64,000 bases of DNA from an uncultured Pseudomonadota bacterium (GTDB lineage Bacteria > Pseudomonadota > Alphaproteobacteria > JACZXZ01), in the NCBI GenBank assembly GCA_963749075.1, contig CAVVLJ010000017.1, forward strand, positions 960,001 to 1,024,000, read 5' to 3'. The notes beneath the pieces are model-generated. The model was not told where the DNA came from. It ran no database searches and saw only the letters and a program-made list of their open reading frames with translations. Every line of letters begins with the position of its first letter. Position 1 is the first letter of the stretch. Both the position numbers and the translations under genes were made by a program. Shown in pieces: positions 49,809-61,723 of the stretch.

Positions 49809-51122
49809 TCACGCCCGGTCGACGAGGTGGATGAAGGAGCCGGCGACGCGGCCGCTTACGGCGCCGAGCGCGCCGAGCGTCCGGCCGCTCGCGTCCGTTG
49901 CGGTGAAGAGTGGCGCCGCGGCACCCTCGCGGACGACCGTCGCGTAATGGAACTCGTGACCGCGGAAGGCGCTGCCGCTCGGGCCGAGCGGCGAGTGGGC
50001 GGCAAGCTTGAGCGCGCGGTAGCCGAGATGGAGCCGCCCTGCGGCGAAGGAGCTCTCGAGCGCCAGGAGGCCCGCCATGGCGTGGGACTGGCCAGCCGCG
50101 TCCGTGAGACGCTCGCCCAGCACCATATAGCCGCCGCATTCACCGTAGAGCACGGCTCCACGCGCCGCCGCGGCGGAGAGTCCCGCGAGGAAGCGGCCAT
50201 TGCCGGCAAGCCGCCCGGCATGGAGCTCGGGATAGCCGCCCGGCAGATAGACCGCGTCGGCGTCCGTGGCCGGCGCCTCGTCGGCGAGCGGCGAGAACGC
50301 CACGAGCTCGGCGCCTTGCGCGCGCCAGCCCTCGAGGAGATGGGGATAGGCGAAGGCGAAGGCGTCGTCGGTTGCTAAGGCGATGCGCTGGCCGAGCGGC
50401 GGGATGCGCGCCGGCGATGACGGAGGCGCAGCGAGCCGCGACGGGCGGGCGAGCAGTGTCAGCTTCGCGAGACCGACGTGGGCGGCGGCACACTCGGCGG
50501 CGCGCTCGAGGAACGCCTCGAGCTCGCCATGCTCGCGCGCCTGCACGAGGCCGAGGTGGCGCTCAGGCAGCGCCAGCGCCTTATCACGCGGGAGTGCGCC
50601 CAAGAGCGGCAGGCCGACCGCGGCAAGGGCCGCCTCGAGGATCGCCCGGTGGCGCACGCCGCCGACGCGGTTGGCGATCACGGCCGCGACATCGACGCCG
50701 GGGCGAAAGTCGCGGAAGCCCTTGGCCAGCGCCGCGATCGAGGCGCCCTGGCCGCCCGCGTCGATGACCAGCACGACCGGCCAGCCGGCGAGTGCGGCAA
50801 GCTCCGCGGTCGAGCCGCTGCCGTCGTTAGCACCGTCGAAGAGCCCCATGACGCCCTCGACGAGGAGAAGGTCCGCTCCCCGCCCCGCCTCGTCGATGAG
50901 CATGGCAAGCATCTCGCGGCGCATCGCCCAGGGATCGAGGTTGCGGCACGGCCGTCCGCTCGCCGCCGCGTGGAAGGCGGGATCGATGTAGTCGGGCCCG
51001 GCCTTGCAGGAGGCCGCATGCAGGCCCTGGTCGCGGTAGGCCCGCAGGAGGGCGAGCGTCACCGTGGTCTTGCCGCTGCCTGAGGCGGGGGCGGCGATGA
51101 CGATGGCGGGGGCCGAGGCCAT
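49809..51122 (-). CDS. cobB: Cobyrinate/hydrogenobyrinate a,c-diamide synthase
   Basis: SGSGKTT, GPDYIDP, EGVMGLFDG, ERHLGL, PGGYPEL, GECGGY, GHEFHY. Confidence 0.95.
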   Translation of the reverse strand: MASAPAIVIAAPASGSGKTTVTLALLRAYRDQGLHAASCKAGPDYIDPAFHAAASGRPCRNLDPWAMRREMLAMLIDEAGRGADLLLVEGVMGLFDGANDGSGSTAELAALAGWPVVLVIDAGGQGASIAALAKGFRDFRPGVDVAAVIANRVGGVRHRAILEAALAAVGLPLLGALPRDKALALPERHLGLVQAREHGELEAFLERAAECAAAHVGLAKLTLLARPSRLAAPPSSPARIPPLGQRIALATDDAFAFAYPHLLEGWRAQGAELVAFSPLADEAPATDADAVYLPGGYPELHAGRLAGNGRFLAGLSAAAARGAVLYGECGGYMVLGERLTDAAGQSHAMAGLLALESSFAAGRLHLGYRALKLAAHSPLGPSGSAFRGHEFHYATVVREGAAAPLFTATDASGRTLGALGAVSGRVAGSFIHLVDRA

Positions 51123-51136
51123 GGCGGTTCCGGCGC

Positions 51137-51937
51137 TCAGCGCGGGATGCGCTCGAGTGCGGCGCCGAGCCAGTCGAGCCCGGCGCGCAGGCGCACCACC
51201 TCGCCCACCACCACGATGGCGGGCGGCTTAATCCCGGATGCCGCGGCATCGGCGGCGGCGCGCGCGAGCGTGGTCTCGACCACGCGCTGGGAGGGGAGCG
51301 TGGCGTCGCTCACCAGTGCCACCGGCTCGCTCGCCGGCCGGCCGGCGGCGAGCAGGCGCTCGGCGAGGGCTGCCAAATGCTTGAGCGCCATGTAGATGAC
51401 GAGCACGGGCGAGCCGCGCGCGACGGCCGGCCAGTCGATCCCCTCGGGCACCGCACCCGCCGCATTGTGCCCGGTCATGAAGGTGACGACCGAGTTGCGG
51501 TCGCGATGGGTGAGCGGGATGCCGGCATAGGCGAGCCCGCCGATACCGGCCGAGACGCCCGGCACGATGCGGAAAGGCACGCCGGCTGCGGCCAGGCTCA
51601 GCGCCTCCTCGGCACCTCGGCCGAACACCATGGGATCGCCGCCTTTGAGCCGCAGCACGCGCTTCCCCTCGCGCGCCAGCGCCACGAGACGGTGGGAGAT
51701 GTCGGCCTGGGTGGCCGAGGGCTTGCCGCCGCGCTTTCCCGCATAAACGAGCGTCGCACCCGGGCGCGCGAGTTTGAGGACGGCCTCGCTGACCAGCGCG
51801 TCATAGACGACGGCGTCCGCCTGCCCGAGGCCATGGTGGGCGAGGAGCGTCAGGAGGCCGGGGTCGCCCGGCCCGGCGCCGGTCAGCCACACCCAGCCGG
51901 GCTCGAAGGCGGGGAGCGCGAGCGCGTGCTCGCTCAT
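51137..51937 (-). CDS. cobA: Uroporphyrinogen-III C-methyltransferase
   Basis: GAGPGDPGLLT, YDALV, GKRGG, RLKGGDPMVFGRGAEE, GIPLTHR. Confidence 0.95.
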   Translation of the reverse strand: MSEHALALPAFEPGWVWLTGAGPGDPGLLTLLAHHGLGQADAVVYDALVSEAVLKLARPGATLVYAGKRGGKPSATQADISHRLVALAREGKRVLRLKGGDPMVFGRGAEEALSLAAAGVPFRIVPGVSAGIGGLAYAGIPLTHRDRNSVVTFMTGHNAAGAVPEGIDWPAVARGSPVLVIYMALKHLAALAERLLAAGRPASEPVALVSDATLPSQRVVETTLARAAADAAASGIKPPAIVVVGEVVRLRAGLDWLGAALERIPR

Positions 51938-52008
51938 CGCGGCAATCCCGAGGGAATGCTGGGCCGAGGCGCTGGCGAAGGGGCGGCCACGCGGCCTATA
52001 AGTGCGGC

Positions 52009-53094
52009 ATGGCGGCGAGGAAAGGGAATGCGCTCAGGCGCGGCTGGACGACGGGCGCCTGTGCGACCGCCGCCACCAAGGCCGCCTATACGGCACTCCT
52101 GACCGGCCGCTTTCCCGATCCCGTGACGATCACGCTGCCCAAGGGCGAGACGCCGGCCTTCGCACTTGCCTGCGAGGAGCTCGGCGAGGGCTTTGCTAGC
52201 GCCGGCATCGTCAAGGACGCGGGCGACGATCCGGACGTGACCCATGGCGCCCTCGTGCTGGCGACCGTGCGCCCGGGCCCGGCCGGGAGCGGCGTCGCCT
52301 TCCGCGCAGGCGAAGGGGTCGGCACCGTGACCAAAGCGGGCCTGCCGCTTCCGCCCGGCGAGCCCGCGATCAACCCGGTGCCGCGCGCCATGATGCGGGG
52401 CGTCGTGGCCGAGGTGGCCGGCACTTGCGGCGGCAGCGGCGACGTGGCGATCGAGATCGCCGTCCCGGGCGGCGAGGCGCTCGCGCGCAAGACCTGGAAC
52501 CCGCGGCTCGGCATCCTCGGCGGGCTCTCCATCCTCGGCACCACGGGCGTGGTGGTGCCCTATTCCTGCTCGGCCTGGATCCATTCGATCCAGCGCGGCG
52601 TGGACGTGGCCCGCGCCGAGGGCCTGCGCCACGTGGCAGGTGCCACGGGCTCGACTTCCGAGCGCGCGGTGCAGGCGCTCTACGGCTTGCCCCAATCCGC
52701 CCTCCTCGACATGGGCGACTTCGCGGGCGGACTCCTCAAATACCTGCGCCGCCACCCGCTCCCGCGCCTCACCATCGCCGGCGGCTTCGCCAAGATCGGC
52801 AAGCTCGCGCAAGGCCACCTCGACCTCCACTCCGGGCGCAGCCAGGTCGACCAGGCCTGGCTCGCCGCGCGGCTCTCCGAGCTCGGCGCCGCGGCCGAGA
52901 TCGTTGCCAAGGCAAGGACCGCCAACTCGGCGCTCGAGACACTCGAGCTCGCGCGCGCGGCCGGCCTCGCCATCGGCGACGTGGTGGCGGCACGGGCGCG
53001 CGAGACCGCATTGGGCGTGCTCGCCGGCGCACCCGTCGAGCTCGACGTGCTGGTCTTCGACCGCGCGGGCGCCCTCATCGGCCGCAGCGGATGA
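52009..53094 (+). CDS. cbiD: CbiD C1-methyltransferase
   Basis: LRRGWTTGACA, KDAGDDPDVTHG, AINPVPR, NPRLGILGGLSILGTTG, GDFAG, LDLHS. Confidence 0.95.
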   Translation: MAARKGNALRRGWTTGACATAATKAAYTALLTGRFPDPVTITLPKGETPAFALACEELGEGFASAGIVKDAGDDPDVTHGALVLATVRPGPAGSGVAFRAGEGVGTVTKAGLPLPPGEPAINPVPRAMMRGVVAEVAGTCGGSGDVAIEIAVPGGEALARKTWNPRLGILGGLSILGTTGVVVPYSCSAWIHSIQRGVDVARAEGLRHVAGATGSTSERAVQALYGLPQSALLDMGDFAGGLLKYLRRHPLPRLTIAGGFAKIGKLAQGHLDLHSGRSQVDQAWLAARLSELGAAAEIVAKARTANSALETLELARAAGLAIGDVVAARARETALGVLAGAPVELDVLVFDRAGALIGRSG

Positions 53095-53097
53095 GCC

Positions 53098-53290
53098 CTC
53101 GAGGAAGCTTGCAGTGCCGCCGCGGTCCTTCGAGACGCGCCCCTCTTGCGTGATGCAAGAGAGCGGGCCTTCGGCCCGCGAGGCGCCCCTCAGGACGAGG
53201 AAAATTCGTGTGTGGCAGAAAGACTTGACCTCGTCCTGAGGAGCGAGCGCAGCGAGCGTCTCGAAGGACGCACCGGAGCCGGTCCGAGGC
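53098..53290. repeat. Family B REP-like element with additional internal hairpins
   Basis: Same arms, spacer (gtgtgtggcagaaagactt) and flanks as the 49564 copy, plus inserted hairpins ctcttgcgtgatgcaagag and gcgggccTTCGgcccgc. Confidence 0.85.
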
Positions 53291-53327
53291 CGCTCCCGCG
53301 GGCGTGACGGAACTGAGAAAGAACGTC

Positions 53328-54092
53328 TCATCGCCAGCGCCTCGGGCGCAGCGCGTGGGCGTAATGCTCGTCGTAGAGCGCGCTCTCGCGGAAGCCCTCC
53401 GGTGCCAGCGCGCGGCCGACGAGGATGAGGGCGCTGCGCGCGAGCCTCGCCTTCTCCACCTTGCCGGCGATGTCGGCGAGCGTGCCGCGGATGACGCGCT
53501 CGTCGGGCCAGCTCGCGCGATAGACCACGGCCGCCGGGCAGTCCGAGCCGTAGAGCGGCGTGAGCGTCTCGACGATCGCCGCCATTTTGCGCACGGAGAG
53601 ATGGAGGACGAGGGTGGCGCGTGAGCGTCCGAGCGTCGCTAAGTCCTCGCCCGCCGGCATGGGCGACGACCTCACCGCGGTGCGCGTGAGGATGACGCTC
53701 TGGGAGACACCCGGGAGCGTGAGCTCGCATTTGAGGAGCGCTGCCGCCGCGGCGAAGGCGGGGACGCCGGGCGTCACGTCATAGGGGATGGCGAGGCGGT
53801 CGAGCCGCCGCATCTGCTCGGCGATGGCGCCGTAGAGCGAGGGGTCGCCCGAATGGACGCGCGCCACCTCTTGGACGCGCGCGTGCGCCGCCGCCATCTC
53901 CGCCACGATCTCGTCGAGCGTGAGCGCCGCCGTGTCGATCACCCGCGCACCCTTGGGCGCCGCCGCGATCACCGCGCGCGGCACGAGCGAGCCCGCATAG
54001 AGGCAGACGGGCGAGCGCGCGATGAGGTCGCGGCCGCGCACGGTGATGAGATCGGCGGCACCTGGGCCGGCACCGATGAAATGCACGGTCAT
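53328..54092 (-). CDS. cobM: Precorrin-4 C11-methyltransferase
   Basis: [52 protein letters not shown]. Confidence 0.95.
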   Translation of the reverse strand: MTVHFIGAGPGAADLITVRGRDLIARSPVCLYAGSLVPRAVIAAAPKGARVIDTAALTLDEIVAEMAAAHARVQEVARVHSGDPSLYGAIAEQMRRLDRLAIPYDVTPGVPAFAAAAALLKCELTLPGVSQSVILTRTAVRSSPMPAGEDLATLGRSRATLVLHLSVRKMAAIVETLTPLYGSDCPAAVVYRASWPDERVIRGTLADIAGKVEKARLARSALILVGRALAPEGFRESALYDEHYAHALRPRRWR

Positions 54093-54799
54093 CGCCAGGC
54101 GCTCCCGCGCCGGTGCACGAGGATCATCGAGAAATAGGGCACCGCGGCCGGGTCCACCTCGGCGAGCGGCAGGATGCGCTCGTTCGGCAGGCTCGCGCGC
54201 TCGATGTAGCGCGCGCGGTCGGCGAGACCGAGGCGCTCGAGCACGCCGCGCACCTTGGCGAAGTGGCGGCCGAGCTTGATGACCGCCGCGGCGTCCGCAG
54301 CCTCGAGCCGGCGCTCGAGCTCGGCCTCGGAGAGCAGCGCCGGAACGACGCTGAGCACGTCCTCGCGCGCGGCAAGCGGCGAGCCGAGGCTTGCCGCGGA
54401 GGCGACGAGCGAGCTCACGCCGGGCACCACGGTCACGGGAAAGCGCCCGGCGAGCCGCGCGAAGAGATACATGAAGGTGCCGTAGAAGAAGGGATCGCCT
54501 TCGCAGAGACAGGCGACGCTGCGGCCGGCCGAGAGCTCGGCGGCGATCTCCTCCGCCCCGCGGTCGTAGGCCGCCTCGATCTCCGGGCGCCCGGCGGTCA
54601 TGGGAATGGCGACGACGATCTCGCGCTTGGCGGGCGAGATGTGGGAGGCCACGACGGCGCGCGCGAAACTCTTGCCGCCGGCGGGCGCCGGATATGCCAC
54701 GACCGGTGCCTTGAGCAGGATGCTCAGCGCCTTGAGCGTGAGGAGCTCCGGATCGCCCGGACCCACGCCGAGGCCGTAGAGCATGGCGGGCTTGCTCAC
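54089..54799 (-). CDS. cobI: Precorrin-2 C20-methyltransferase
   Basis: [36 protein letters not shown]. Confidence 0.93.
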   Translation of the reverse strand: MSKPAMLYGLGVGPGDPELLTLKALSILLKAPVVAYPAPAGGKSFARAVVASHISPAKREIVVAIPMTAGRPEIEAAYDRGAEEIAAELSAGRSVACLCEGDPFFYGTFMYLFARLAGRFPVTVVPGVSSLVASAASLGSPLAAREDVLSVVPALLSEAELERRLEAADAAAVIKLGRHFAKVRGVLERLGLADRARYIERASLPNERILPLAEVDPAAVPYFSMILVHRRGSAWR

Positions 54800-55659
54800 G
54801 GCTTGACCGCGGCGAGCTGCAGCACGGAATGCGGAGCCGGGCCGCCATCTCCGATGGCGACGTGGGCGAGCCGGCCGCGGTTGCCTGCCCGCCAGTCGCG
54901 CATCTGCCTCTCGGCCGCGGGCGTGACACCATAGGCGACGAGACGTCCGCCCGGTGCCAACGCCTGCCAGCAGCGCTCGAGGAGGCCGGGCTCGCCGAGG
55001 CCGCCTTCAATCAGCACGGCACCCGGTGCCGCGAGCCCCAGGAGCGCCTCGGGCGCCCGCCCGGCTGCGATCTCGAGCCGCGGCGTGCCGAGCGCGGCAG
55101 CGTTGTCGGCGATGCATTTGAGCTGCGCGTCGTCAGGCTCGATCGCAATGGCGCGGCAGCTCGCATGGCAGCGCAGCCACTCGATCGCCAGCGCGCCGCA
55201 GCCCGCACCTATGTCCCACAGGAACTCATTCGGTGCCGGGGCCAATGCGGCGAGCGTGAGCGCGCGCAGCTCGCGGCTCGGGAGCCGGCCGCTGTGACGG
55301 AACGCCTCGTCGGGGAGTCCGGGCAGGCGCGGCCGGAGGAGCGCATTGCCGCCCGCCACGCACTCGATCGCGAGGGTTCCGGGTGCGGTGCCGTCGTCCG
55401 CCGGCCAATCATCGGCGCTCACGGAGGTGACGGGATCGCCCGCGCCGGCCCCTTTGGCGAAGAGCGCGAGCCGGCTCCGGCCATAGCCGCGCGCGCGAAG
55501 GAAGGCGGCGACGGCCGGAGGCGTTTCGGCGCCCGCGCCGAGCAGGAGGAGCCGCACGCCGGGCTCGAGATAGGCTTCGAGGAGCTCAAGCGGCCGGCCG
55601 CCCAGCGCCAAGGCCGCGACCTCGCGAGATGTCCAGCCGAGCCGGCTCAAGACGCTCAT
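54796..55659 (-). CDS. cobL: N-terminally truncated, divergent CobL (partial CbiE plus CbiT domain)
   Basis: Begins at SRLGW; [28 protein letters not shown]; 287 aa versus about 400 aa for typical CobL. Confidence 0.75.
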   Translation of the reverse strand: MSVLSRLGWTSREVAALALGGRPLELLEAYLEPGVRLLLLGAGAETPPAVAAFLRARGYGRSRLALFAKGAGAGDPVTSVSADDWPADDGTAPGTLAIECVAGGNALLRPRLPGLPDEAFRHSGRLPSRELRALTLAALAPAPNEFLWDIGAGCGALAIEWLRCHASCRAIAIEPDDAQLKCIADNAAALGTPRLEIAAGRAPEALLGLAAPGAVLIEGGLGEPGLLERCWQALAPGGRLVAYGVTPAAERQMRDWRAGNRGRLAHVAIGDGGPAPHSVLQLAAVKP

Positions 55660-55660
55660 C

Positions 55661-57166
55661 TCAAGCCTCCGCCGCAGGCACGAAGGGTGCCGGCTCGAAA
55701 GCACCGGCGCGCGCGGCGGCGAGCAGCCGGTAGAGATCCAGATGGCGCTCGAGATGGGCCGCCAGGCGATCGAGCACGTCCTCCACCATGCTCCCGTAGC
55801 CAAGGCCGCTCGGCGCCCGGCTCCTGAGCCGGCTAAGGAACGCGTGGCGGAACTCGTCGCCGGCGAAGAGGCCGTGGAGGTAGCAGCCCTGCACGCGGCC
55901 GTCGGCCGAGACGGCACCGTCCGGGCCGTGGTCGAGCCGCAGCATCGGGCGTGCCGCGGCCGGACCCGCCGTGCGCCCCATATGCATCTCGTAGCCGTGC
56001 ACGCTGGTCCCGCTCGCCAGCTCATGACCCGCAGCCTCGACGAGGCGCTTCTCGCCGCCGAGCATGGTCTCGAGCGCGAGGAGGCCGAGGCCCGCGGCTT
56101 CGCCGGGAGCGCCCTCGATCCCCTCCGGGTCGGCAACGCGCTCACCCAGCATCTGGTAGCCGCCGCAGAGGCCGAGGATGGCGCCGCCGCGGCGGAAATG
56201 AGCGAGGAGATCGATGTCCCAGCCTTCATTCCGCAGGAAGGCGAGATCGGCGAGCGTCGCCTTCGAGCCCGGCAGGATGACGAGGTGGAGATCGCCGGGG
56301 ATGGCCTCGCCCGCGCGCACCAGGCGCAAATCCACGTCGGGCTCCGCCGCGAGCGCGTCGAACTCGTCGAAGTTGGCGATGCGCGGATAGGCGAGCACGG
56401 CGATGCGGATGGCACCATTGCCGCGGCCCTCGTAGTGCCGGAGTGCCAGCGAATCCTCGGCCGGCAGCAGCCGCGCATCCGCGAACCACGGCACCACGCC
56501 ATATGCCGCGAGCCCGGTGCGCGCCACGATCTCGGCAAGACCGCCCGCGAAAAGGCCCGAGTCGCCGCGGAACTTGTTGACGATGAAGCCTGCGAGCAGC
56601 CGCCGCTCCGCCTCGTCGAGGAGCGCGTGGGTGCCGACGAGCTGGGCGATGACCCCGCCGCGCTCGATGTCGCCCACGAGCACGACGGGGACCTGGGCGG
56701 CCAGCGCGAATCCCATGTTGGCGATGTCGCCTTCGCGCAGGTTGACCTCGGCGGCACTGCCGGCACCCTCGACGAGCACGAGATCGGCGCCGCGCGCGAG
56801 ACGCCGGAAGCTCGCCAGCACCTCGGGCAGCAGGCTCCGCCGCAGCTTCTGATACTCGCGCGCCGTCGCATTGCCGTGGACGCGGCCCTGCACGATCACC
56901 TGGGCGCCGCTCTCGCCCTGGGGCTTGAGCAGCACCGGGTTCATGTCGACGGTAGGCGGCAGGCGCGCGGCCAACGCTTGGAGCGCCTGGGCGCGGCCGA
57001 TCTCGCCGCCGTCGCTCGCGACCGCGGCGTTGTTCGACATGTTCTGCGGCTTGAAGGGGCGCACGGCAAGGCCGCGCCCGGCAAAGGCGCGGCAGAGGCC
57101 GGCCACCAGCAGCGACTTCCCCACGTCGGAGCCGGTGCCTTGGAGCATGAGTGCGGCCGTGGCCAT
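55661..57166 (-). CDS. cobQ: Cobyric acid synthase
   Basis: [49 protein letters not shown]. Confidence 0.96.
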   Translation of the reverse strand: MATAALMLQGTGSDVGKSLLVAGLCRAFAGRGLAVRPFKPQNMSNNAAVASDGGEIGRAQALQALAARLPPTVDMNPVLLKPQGESGAQVIVQGRVHGNATAREYQKLRRSLLPEVLASFRRLARGADLVLVEGAGSAAEVNLREGDIANMGFALAAQVPVVLVGDIERGGVIAQLVGTHALLDEAERRLLAGFIVNKFRGDSGLFAGGLAEIVARTGLAAYGVVPWFADARLLPAEDSLALRHYEGRGNGAIRIAVLAYPRIANFDEFDALAAEPDVDLRLVRAGEAIPGDLHLVILPGSKATLADLAFLRNEGWDIDLLAHFRRGGAILGLCGGYQMLGERVADPEGIEGAPGEAAGLGLLALETMLGGEKRLVEAAGHELASGTSVHGYEMHMGRTAGPAAARPMLRLDHGPDGAVSADGRVQGCYLHGLFAGDEFRHAFLSRLRSRAPSGLGYGSMVEDVLDRLAAHLERHLDLYRLLAAARAGAFEPAPFVPAAEA

Positions 57167-57804
57167 CAGAACTCGATGCCCTTCTGCGCTTTGATACCTG
57201 CCTGGAAGGGATGCTTCACCATCGTCATCTCGGTCACCAGATCGGCGATGGCGAGGAGCTCGGGCTTGGCGTTGCGGCCGGTCGCGACGACGTGGAGTGC
57301 TGCGGGCCGGCCCGCGAGGAAGGCCGTCACCTCCGCGAGCGGCAGATAGTCGTAGCGCAGCACGATGTTGAGCTCGTCGAGCACCACGAGGTCGTAACGC
57401 GGCGGCGCTGCGCGCGCCGCCTCGACCATCGCCTTGGCCGCCTCCCAGGCGGCCCGCGCGGCGCGGATGTCGCGCGCGCGGTCCTGGGTCTCCCAGGTGA
57501 AGCCCTCGCCCATGGTGCGGATGTCGACGAGCCCGGGGAAGCGCTCGAGGGCGTGACGCTCGCCTGTCTCCCACTTCCCCTTGACGAACTGCACGATGCC
57601 GACGCGCATGCCGTGGCCGAGGGCGCGCAACGCGAGACCGAAGGCGGCCGTCGACTTGCCCTTGCCCTTGCCGGTATGGACGATGAGGAGGCCCTTCTCG
57701 AGGGTCTTGCCGGCGAGGATGCGCGCGCGCACCTCCTTGCGCCTGCGCGCCTTCTCGTTGGCGCGGGCGTTGATCTCCTCCTCGGTCAAGTCCGGCTCGC
57801 TCAT
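57166..57804 (-). CDS. cobO: Cob(I)yrinic acid a,c-diamide adenosyltransferase
   Basis: [48 protein letters not shown]; start could be GTG 57819. Confidence 0.96.
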   Translation of the reverse strand: MSEPDLTEEEINARANEKARRRKEVRARILAGKTLEKGLLIVHTGKGKGKSTAAFGLALRALGHGMRVGIVQFVKGKWETGERHALERFPGLVDIRTMGEGFTWETQDRARDIRAARAAWEAAKAMVEAARAAPPRYDLVVLDELNIVLRYDYLPLAEVTAFLAGRPAALHVVATGRNAKPELLAIADLVTEMTMVKHPFQAGIKAQKGIEF

Positions 57805-57815
57805 GGGAGGCTCGC

Positions 57816-60800
57816 TCACGGCACGCCCGCCCGCTCGCGACCGGCGAGGGCGGCGAGCTCGGGGTAGGCCGAGTTCGAGCGCGGCCGCCACAGGCCGCGC
57901 GCCTGCGCCTCGACGAGGCGTCCGGCGATCTCGCGCGCCGCCGCTGGATTGTTCTCGAGGAGGAATTCGCGCACCCGTGCGTCCGCGAGATAGGCCTCGT
58001 AGACGGCATCGAAATGATGATCGCCCACCACGCCCGCGGTCGCCGCGAAGGCGAAGAGGTAATCGACGGTCGCCGCCATCTCGGCCGCACCCTTGTAACC
58101 GTGGCGCATCACGCCCGCGAGCCACTTGGGGTTGACCACGCGGGCGCGCACCACGCGCGCGAGCTCCTCGCCGAGGCTGCGCACCTGCGGCCGCTCCGGC
58201 CGCGAGTGGTCGTTGTGATAGAGCGCCGGCGCATGGCCCGAGAGGTGGCGTGCGGTGAGCGCCAGGCCGCCCTCGAACTGGTAATAGTCGTCGGAATCGA
58301 GGAGGTCGTGCTCGCGGTTGTCCTGGTTCTGCACCACCGCGTCGATGGCGGCGACGCGGCGCTCGAAGAGGCGGTGCTCGGCGCGGCCCTCGGCTCCGCC
58401 GCCATAGGCGTAGCCACCCCAGGCGAGATAGGCGCGCGCGAGATCGCCCTCCTCCTCCCAGCCGCTCTCGTCGATGAGGGCCTGGAGCCCGGCGCCATAG
58501 GCGCCCGGCGGCGAGCCGAAGACGCGGTGGCCGGCGCGGCGCAGCGCCGTTTCCGCGTCGACGCCTTCTGCGACGAGCGTGCGCGCATCGCCCGCCGCGC
58601 GCGCGGCAAGCGGGTTCTGCTCCTCGGGCTCGTCGAGTGCGGCTACCGCGCGCACGGCGGAATCGACGAGATCGATCTGCGCCGGAAAGGCGTCGCGGAA
58701 GAAGCCCGAGATGCGCAGCGTCACGTCGACGCGCGGCCGGTCGAGGAGCGAGAGCGGCAGCACCTCGAAGCCGGTGACACGGCGCGAGGCGCTGTCCCAG
58801 CTCGGCCGCACCCCCATGAGCGCCAGCGCCTGCGCCACGTCGTCGCCGCCGGTGCGCATGTTCGAGGTGCCCCAGGCGGAGAGCACAATCGCCTTGGGCC
58901 AGGCGCCGTGCTCCTGGCGATAGCGCTCGAGGAGCAAGTCGGCCGATTTCCAGCCGAGCTGCCAGGCGGCGGGCGTCGGCACCGTGCGGCTGTCGAGGGA
59001 ATAGAAGTTGCGCCCGGTGGGGAGCACGTCCAAGCGCCCGCGCGTCGGCGCCCCCGACGGTCCCGGCTCGACGAAGCGGCCGTCGAGCCCGGCGAGCACG
59101 CCCGCGATCTCGGCGGCGCCGCTCGCGGCGAGCGCCGGGCGGATGCGCCGCTCGATCTCCTCGAGCACGGCAGCACTGCGCCGCCAGACGGGCTCCGCCG
59201 CCAGCGCTCCCGTGACGAGCGACTTCGCGAGGCGCTCGAGCCGCTCGACCGTGTCGCCGTTGCTGCGCCACGGCGAAGGTCCGTCGAGCGCTTGCGGCCG
59301 GGCGCCCTGCCACGGCTCGCCGAGGGCGCAGTCGAGGGGATCGAAGCCGCTCATGAGGCCGAGATCGGCGGCGAGTGCGCGCAGGAGCGAGGCGTCGCCG
59401 CCCTCGCCGCGGCCGCGCGGCAGGCGGACGAGCGCCACCAGGAGGTCCGCGAGCTGCTCGCCCGCGGGGCTGCGGCCCAAGACGTGGAGGCCGTCGCGGA
59501 TCTGCAGCTCCTTGATCTCGCAGAGATAGTTGTCGAGCTTGGCAAGTGCCGCCGTCTCCCCCTCGCCCGCCGCGATGCCGCAGTCGCGATCGAGGCCGAT
59601 GCGCTCGGCGAGCTCGATGATGGCTCGGCCGAGATGGCCCAGGCGGCGCGGATCGACGCCGGACGCCTCGTAATACTCGTCGACGAGCTGCTCGAGCTCG
59701 GCGAGCGGACCATAAGACTCGGCGCGCGTGAGCGGCGGCGTGAGGTGGTCGACGATGACCGCCTGGGCGCGGCGCTTGGCCTGGCTGCCCTCGCCCGGAT
59801 CGTTGACGATGAAGGGATAGAGGTGGGGCATCGGACCGAGGGCCGCCTCGGGGAAGCATTCGGCCGAGAGCGCCAGCGCCTTCCCCGGCAGCCATTCGAG
59901 GGTGCCGTGCTTGCCGACGTGGACGACCGCGTGGACGTCCCACGCCTCCCTGAGCCAGGCGTAGAAGGCGAGATAGCCGTGCGGCGGCACCAGCGCCGCG
60001 TCGTGGTGGCTGCGCAAGGGATCGATGCCGTAGCCGCGCGCCGGCTGCACGGCGACGACGAGATTGCCGCATGCGAGTGCCGCGAAGCGGAAGGCATCGC
60101 CTGAGACCAGGGGATCGCGCTCGGGCTCGCCCCAGCGCTCGGAAACCGAGCGCCTCACCGGCTCGGGGAGCCCGGCGAGCCAGCCGCGGTAGGCCGCGAG
60201 CGGATAGCGCAGGCCCCGCCCGTTGCCGCGGCGGGCGAGGAGCGCCTCGATCAGGCCGTTGCCGTCCCGCGGCAGCTCGTCTGTCCGGTAGCCGGCGGCG
60301 GCGAGGGCGGCCACGAGATCGACGGTGCTGGCGGGCGTGTCGAGGCCGACGCCGTTGCCGAGCCGGCCGTCGCGGTTGGGGTAATTGGCGAGCACGAGGG
60401 CCACGCGCCGCTCGGGAGGCGGCGTCGTCCTGAGGCGCACCCAGGCGGCCGCGAGATCGGCCACGAAAGCCACGCGGTCGGCGCGCGGCGCATGCACCAC
60501 GACCGGGCATTCGGTGGCGGCGTCGAACTGCCGCTCGCCCTTGAAGGAGACCGCGCGCGCGAGGATGCGGCCGTCGATCTCGGGAAGGGCCACGTTCATG
60601 GCAAGGTCGCGCGCCGAGAGGCCGCGCGTGCCGCGGCGCCATGCGGCCTCGCTCGTGCCGGCGAGCACGGTCTGCAGCACCGGGCAATCGGCGCCGTCGA
60701 ACGGTGTCGCCGCACGGCCGGCACCCGGGCTCGAGACCGCGAAGCCCGTGGCGTTGAGGATGACGCCCGGCTTCACCTCGGCGAGGAGCTCGGCGATGAG

Positions 60801-61544
60801 GGCCGCCGACAGCGGATCCTTGAGGCTCGCCACGTGGATGGGGAGCGCATTGAGCCCGCGCGCGGCGAGGGCGGCGATGAGCGCGTCGATGGGGGCGAGG
60901 TCGGCGGCCTGGATGAGGGCGCGGTAGAAGACGAGGGCGGCGGCGGGCGCCCGCGGCAGCCACCCGGCCCGCACCTCCGCGAGCGTCGCCTCCGTATTGC
61001 CGGGCCAATAGAGCCCGGCGCGCAAGAGCGGCGCCGGCTCGCGCCACGGCTGCTCGTAGCCGAGGAGACTGGCCGCATAGGCGAGCATGTTGCGGGCATT
61101 CGTCTGACCGCCCTCGAGCGCGTAGCGCCACAAGCGGCGGCAGGCGGCGGGCGGGAGCGTGGAGAGGCCGGCAAGCTCGGCGTCCGGCTGGTCGTCGCCG
61201 GGGAGGAGCGCCAGCATCGCCCCCGCCTCGCGCGCGGCGGCCGAGAGGCGCTCGACGCCGTAGGGCCAGTAGCCGGCGCCGCCCAGAAGCCGCACGACGA
61301 CGAGGCGCGCGTGGCGCACCACGCTCTCGACGTAGAGATCGACGGAGAGGTTGTGGCTGAGCTGCTTCAGGTTGGCGAGGCGCAGCGTGGGCCGCGGCTC
61401 GGCAAGCTCGCCGTAGGCGGCGGCGAGGGCGGCAAGCTCGGTGTCGGCGGCCGAGAGCAGGGCGAGCTCGCCCGGCGTCTGGCCGAGATCGACCGCCTGG
61501 GAGCCGTCGAGGATGCCGCCCGGCACCGCTGCGAGGAGATGCAT
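57816..61544 (-). CDS. cobN: Cobaltochelatase subunit CobN
   Basis: [59 protein letters not shown]. Confidence 0.97.
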   Translation of the reverse strand: MHLLAAVPGGILDGSQAVDLGQTPGELALLSAADTELAALAAAYGELAEPRPTLRLANLKQLSHNLSVDLYVESVVRHARLVVVRLLGGAGYWPYGVERLSAAAREAGAMLALLPGDDQPDAELAGLSTLPPAACRRLWRYALEGGQTNARNMLAYAASLLGYEQPWREPAPLLRAGLYWPGNTEATLAEVRAGWLPRAPAAALVFYRALIQAADLAPIDALIAALAARGLNALPIHVASLKDPLSAALIAELLAEVKPGVILNATGFAVSSPGAGRAATPFDGADCPVLQTVLAGTSEAAWRRGTRGLSARDLAMNVALPEIDGRILARAVSFKGERQFDAATECPVVVHAPRADRVAFVADLAAAWVRLRTTPPPERRVALVLANYPNRDGRLGNGVGLDTPASTVDLVAALAAAGYRTDELPRDGNGLIEALLARRGNGRGLRYPLAAYRGWLAGLPEPVRRSVSERWGEPERDPLVSGDAFRFAALACGNLVVAVQPARGYGIDPLRSHHDAALVPPHGYLAFYAWLREAWDVHAVVHVGKHGTLEWLPGKALALSAECFPEAALGPMPHLYPFIVNDPGEGSQAKRRAQAVIVDHLTPPLTRAESYGPLAELEQLVDEYYEASGVDPRRLGHLGRAIIELAERIGLDRDCGIAAGEGETAALAKLDNYLCEIKELQIRDGLHVLGRSPAGEQLADLLVALVRLPRGRGEGGDASLLRALAADLGLMSGFDPLDCALGEPWQGARPQALDGPSPWRSNGDTVERLERLAKSLVTGALAAEPVWRRSAAVLEEIERRIRPALAASGAAEIAGVLAGLDGRFVEPGPSGAPTRGRLDVLPTGRNFYSLDSRTVPTPAAWQLGWKSADLLLERYRQEHGAWPKAIVLSAWGTSNMRTGGDDVAQALALMGVRPSWDSASRRVTGFEVLPLSLLDRPRVDVTLRISGFFRDAFPAQIDLVDSAVRAVAALDEPEEQNPLAARAAGDARTLVAEGVDAETALRRAGHRVFGSPPGAYGAGLQALIDESGWEEEGDLARAYLAWGGYAYGGGAEGRAEHRLFERRVAAIDAVVQNQDNREHDLLDSDDYYQFEGGLALTARHLSGHAPALYHNDHSRPERPQVRSLGEELARVVRARVVNPKWLAGVMRHGYKGAAEMAATVDYLFAFAATAGVVGDHHFDAVYEAYLADARVREFLLENNPAAAREIAGRLVEAQARGLWRPRSNSAYPELAALAGRERAGVP

Positions 61545-61587
61545 GGCGCGCGGTTCCTATATGTGGCGTGCCGAACGGATTTCCTCA

Positions 61588-61688
61588 TCCTTCGAGACGG
61601 GCCTAGGGCCCTCCTCAGGATGAGGAAATCCACCAAACGTGGAGGCCGCCTCACCCTGAGGAGCGCGCAAAGCGCGCGTCTCGAAGGG
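61588..61688. repeat. Family B REP-like element
   Basis: ccttcgagacg...ctcctcaggatgagg / cctcaccctgaggagcgcgcaaagcgcgcgtctcgaaggg between cobW and cobN. Confidence 0.85.
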
Positions 61689-61723
61689 CGAGGCGGCCAT
61701 AGGCACGGTCAAAGCCATCTCGC

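Noticed and set aside
52009-53094. cbiD inside an aerobic CobN-type cluster as a novel hybrid pathway
   Set aside because: CbiD replacing CobF in CobN-containing proteobacteria is already known.
54796-56871. Possible CobQ-CobL fusion or frameshifted full-length cobL
   Set aside because: cobQ is complete with its own stop, and the upstream part of the 691-aa frame shows no CbiE-like sequence.
57793-57819. Short duplication TGAGCGAGCC at the cobO start
   Set aside because: Only about 10 bp; it just gives two alternative starts.
57166-61131. 1321-aa ORF and other long Arg/Ala/Pro-rich overlapping frames
   Set aside because: Alternative frames of real genes (here cobN, running into cobO); stops are rare at this GC content.
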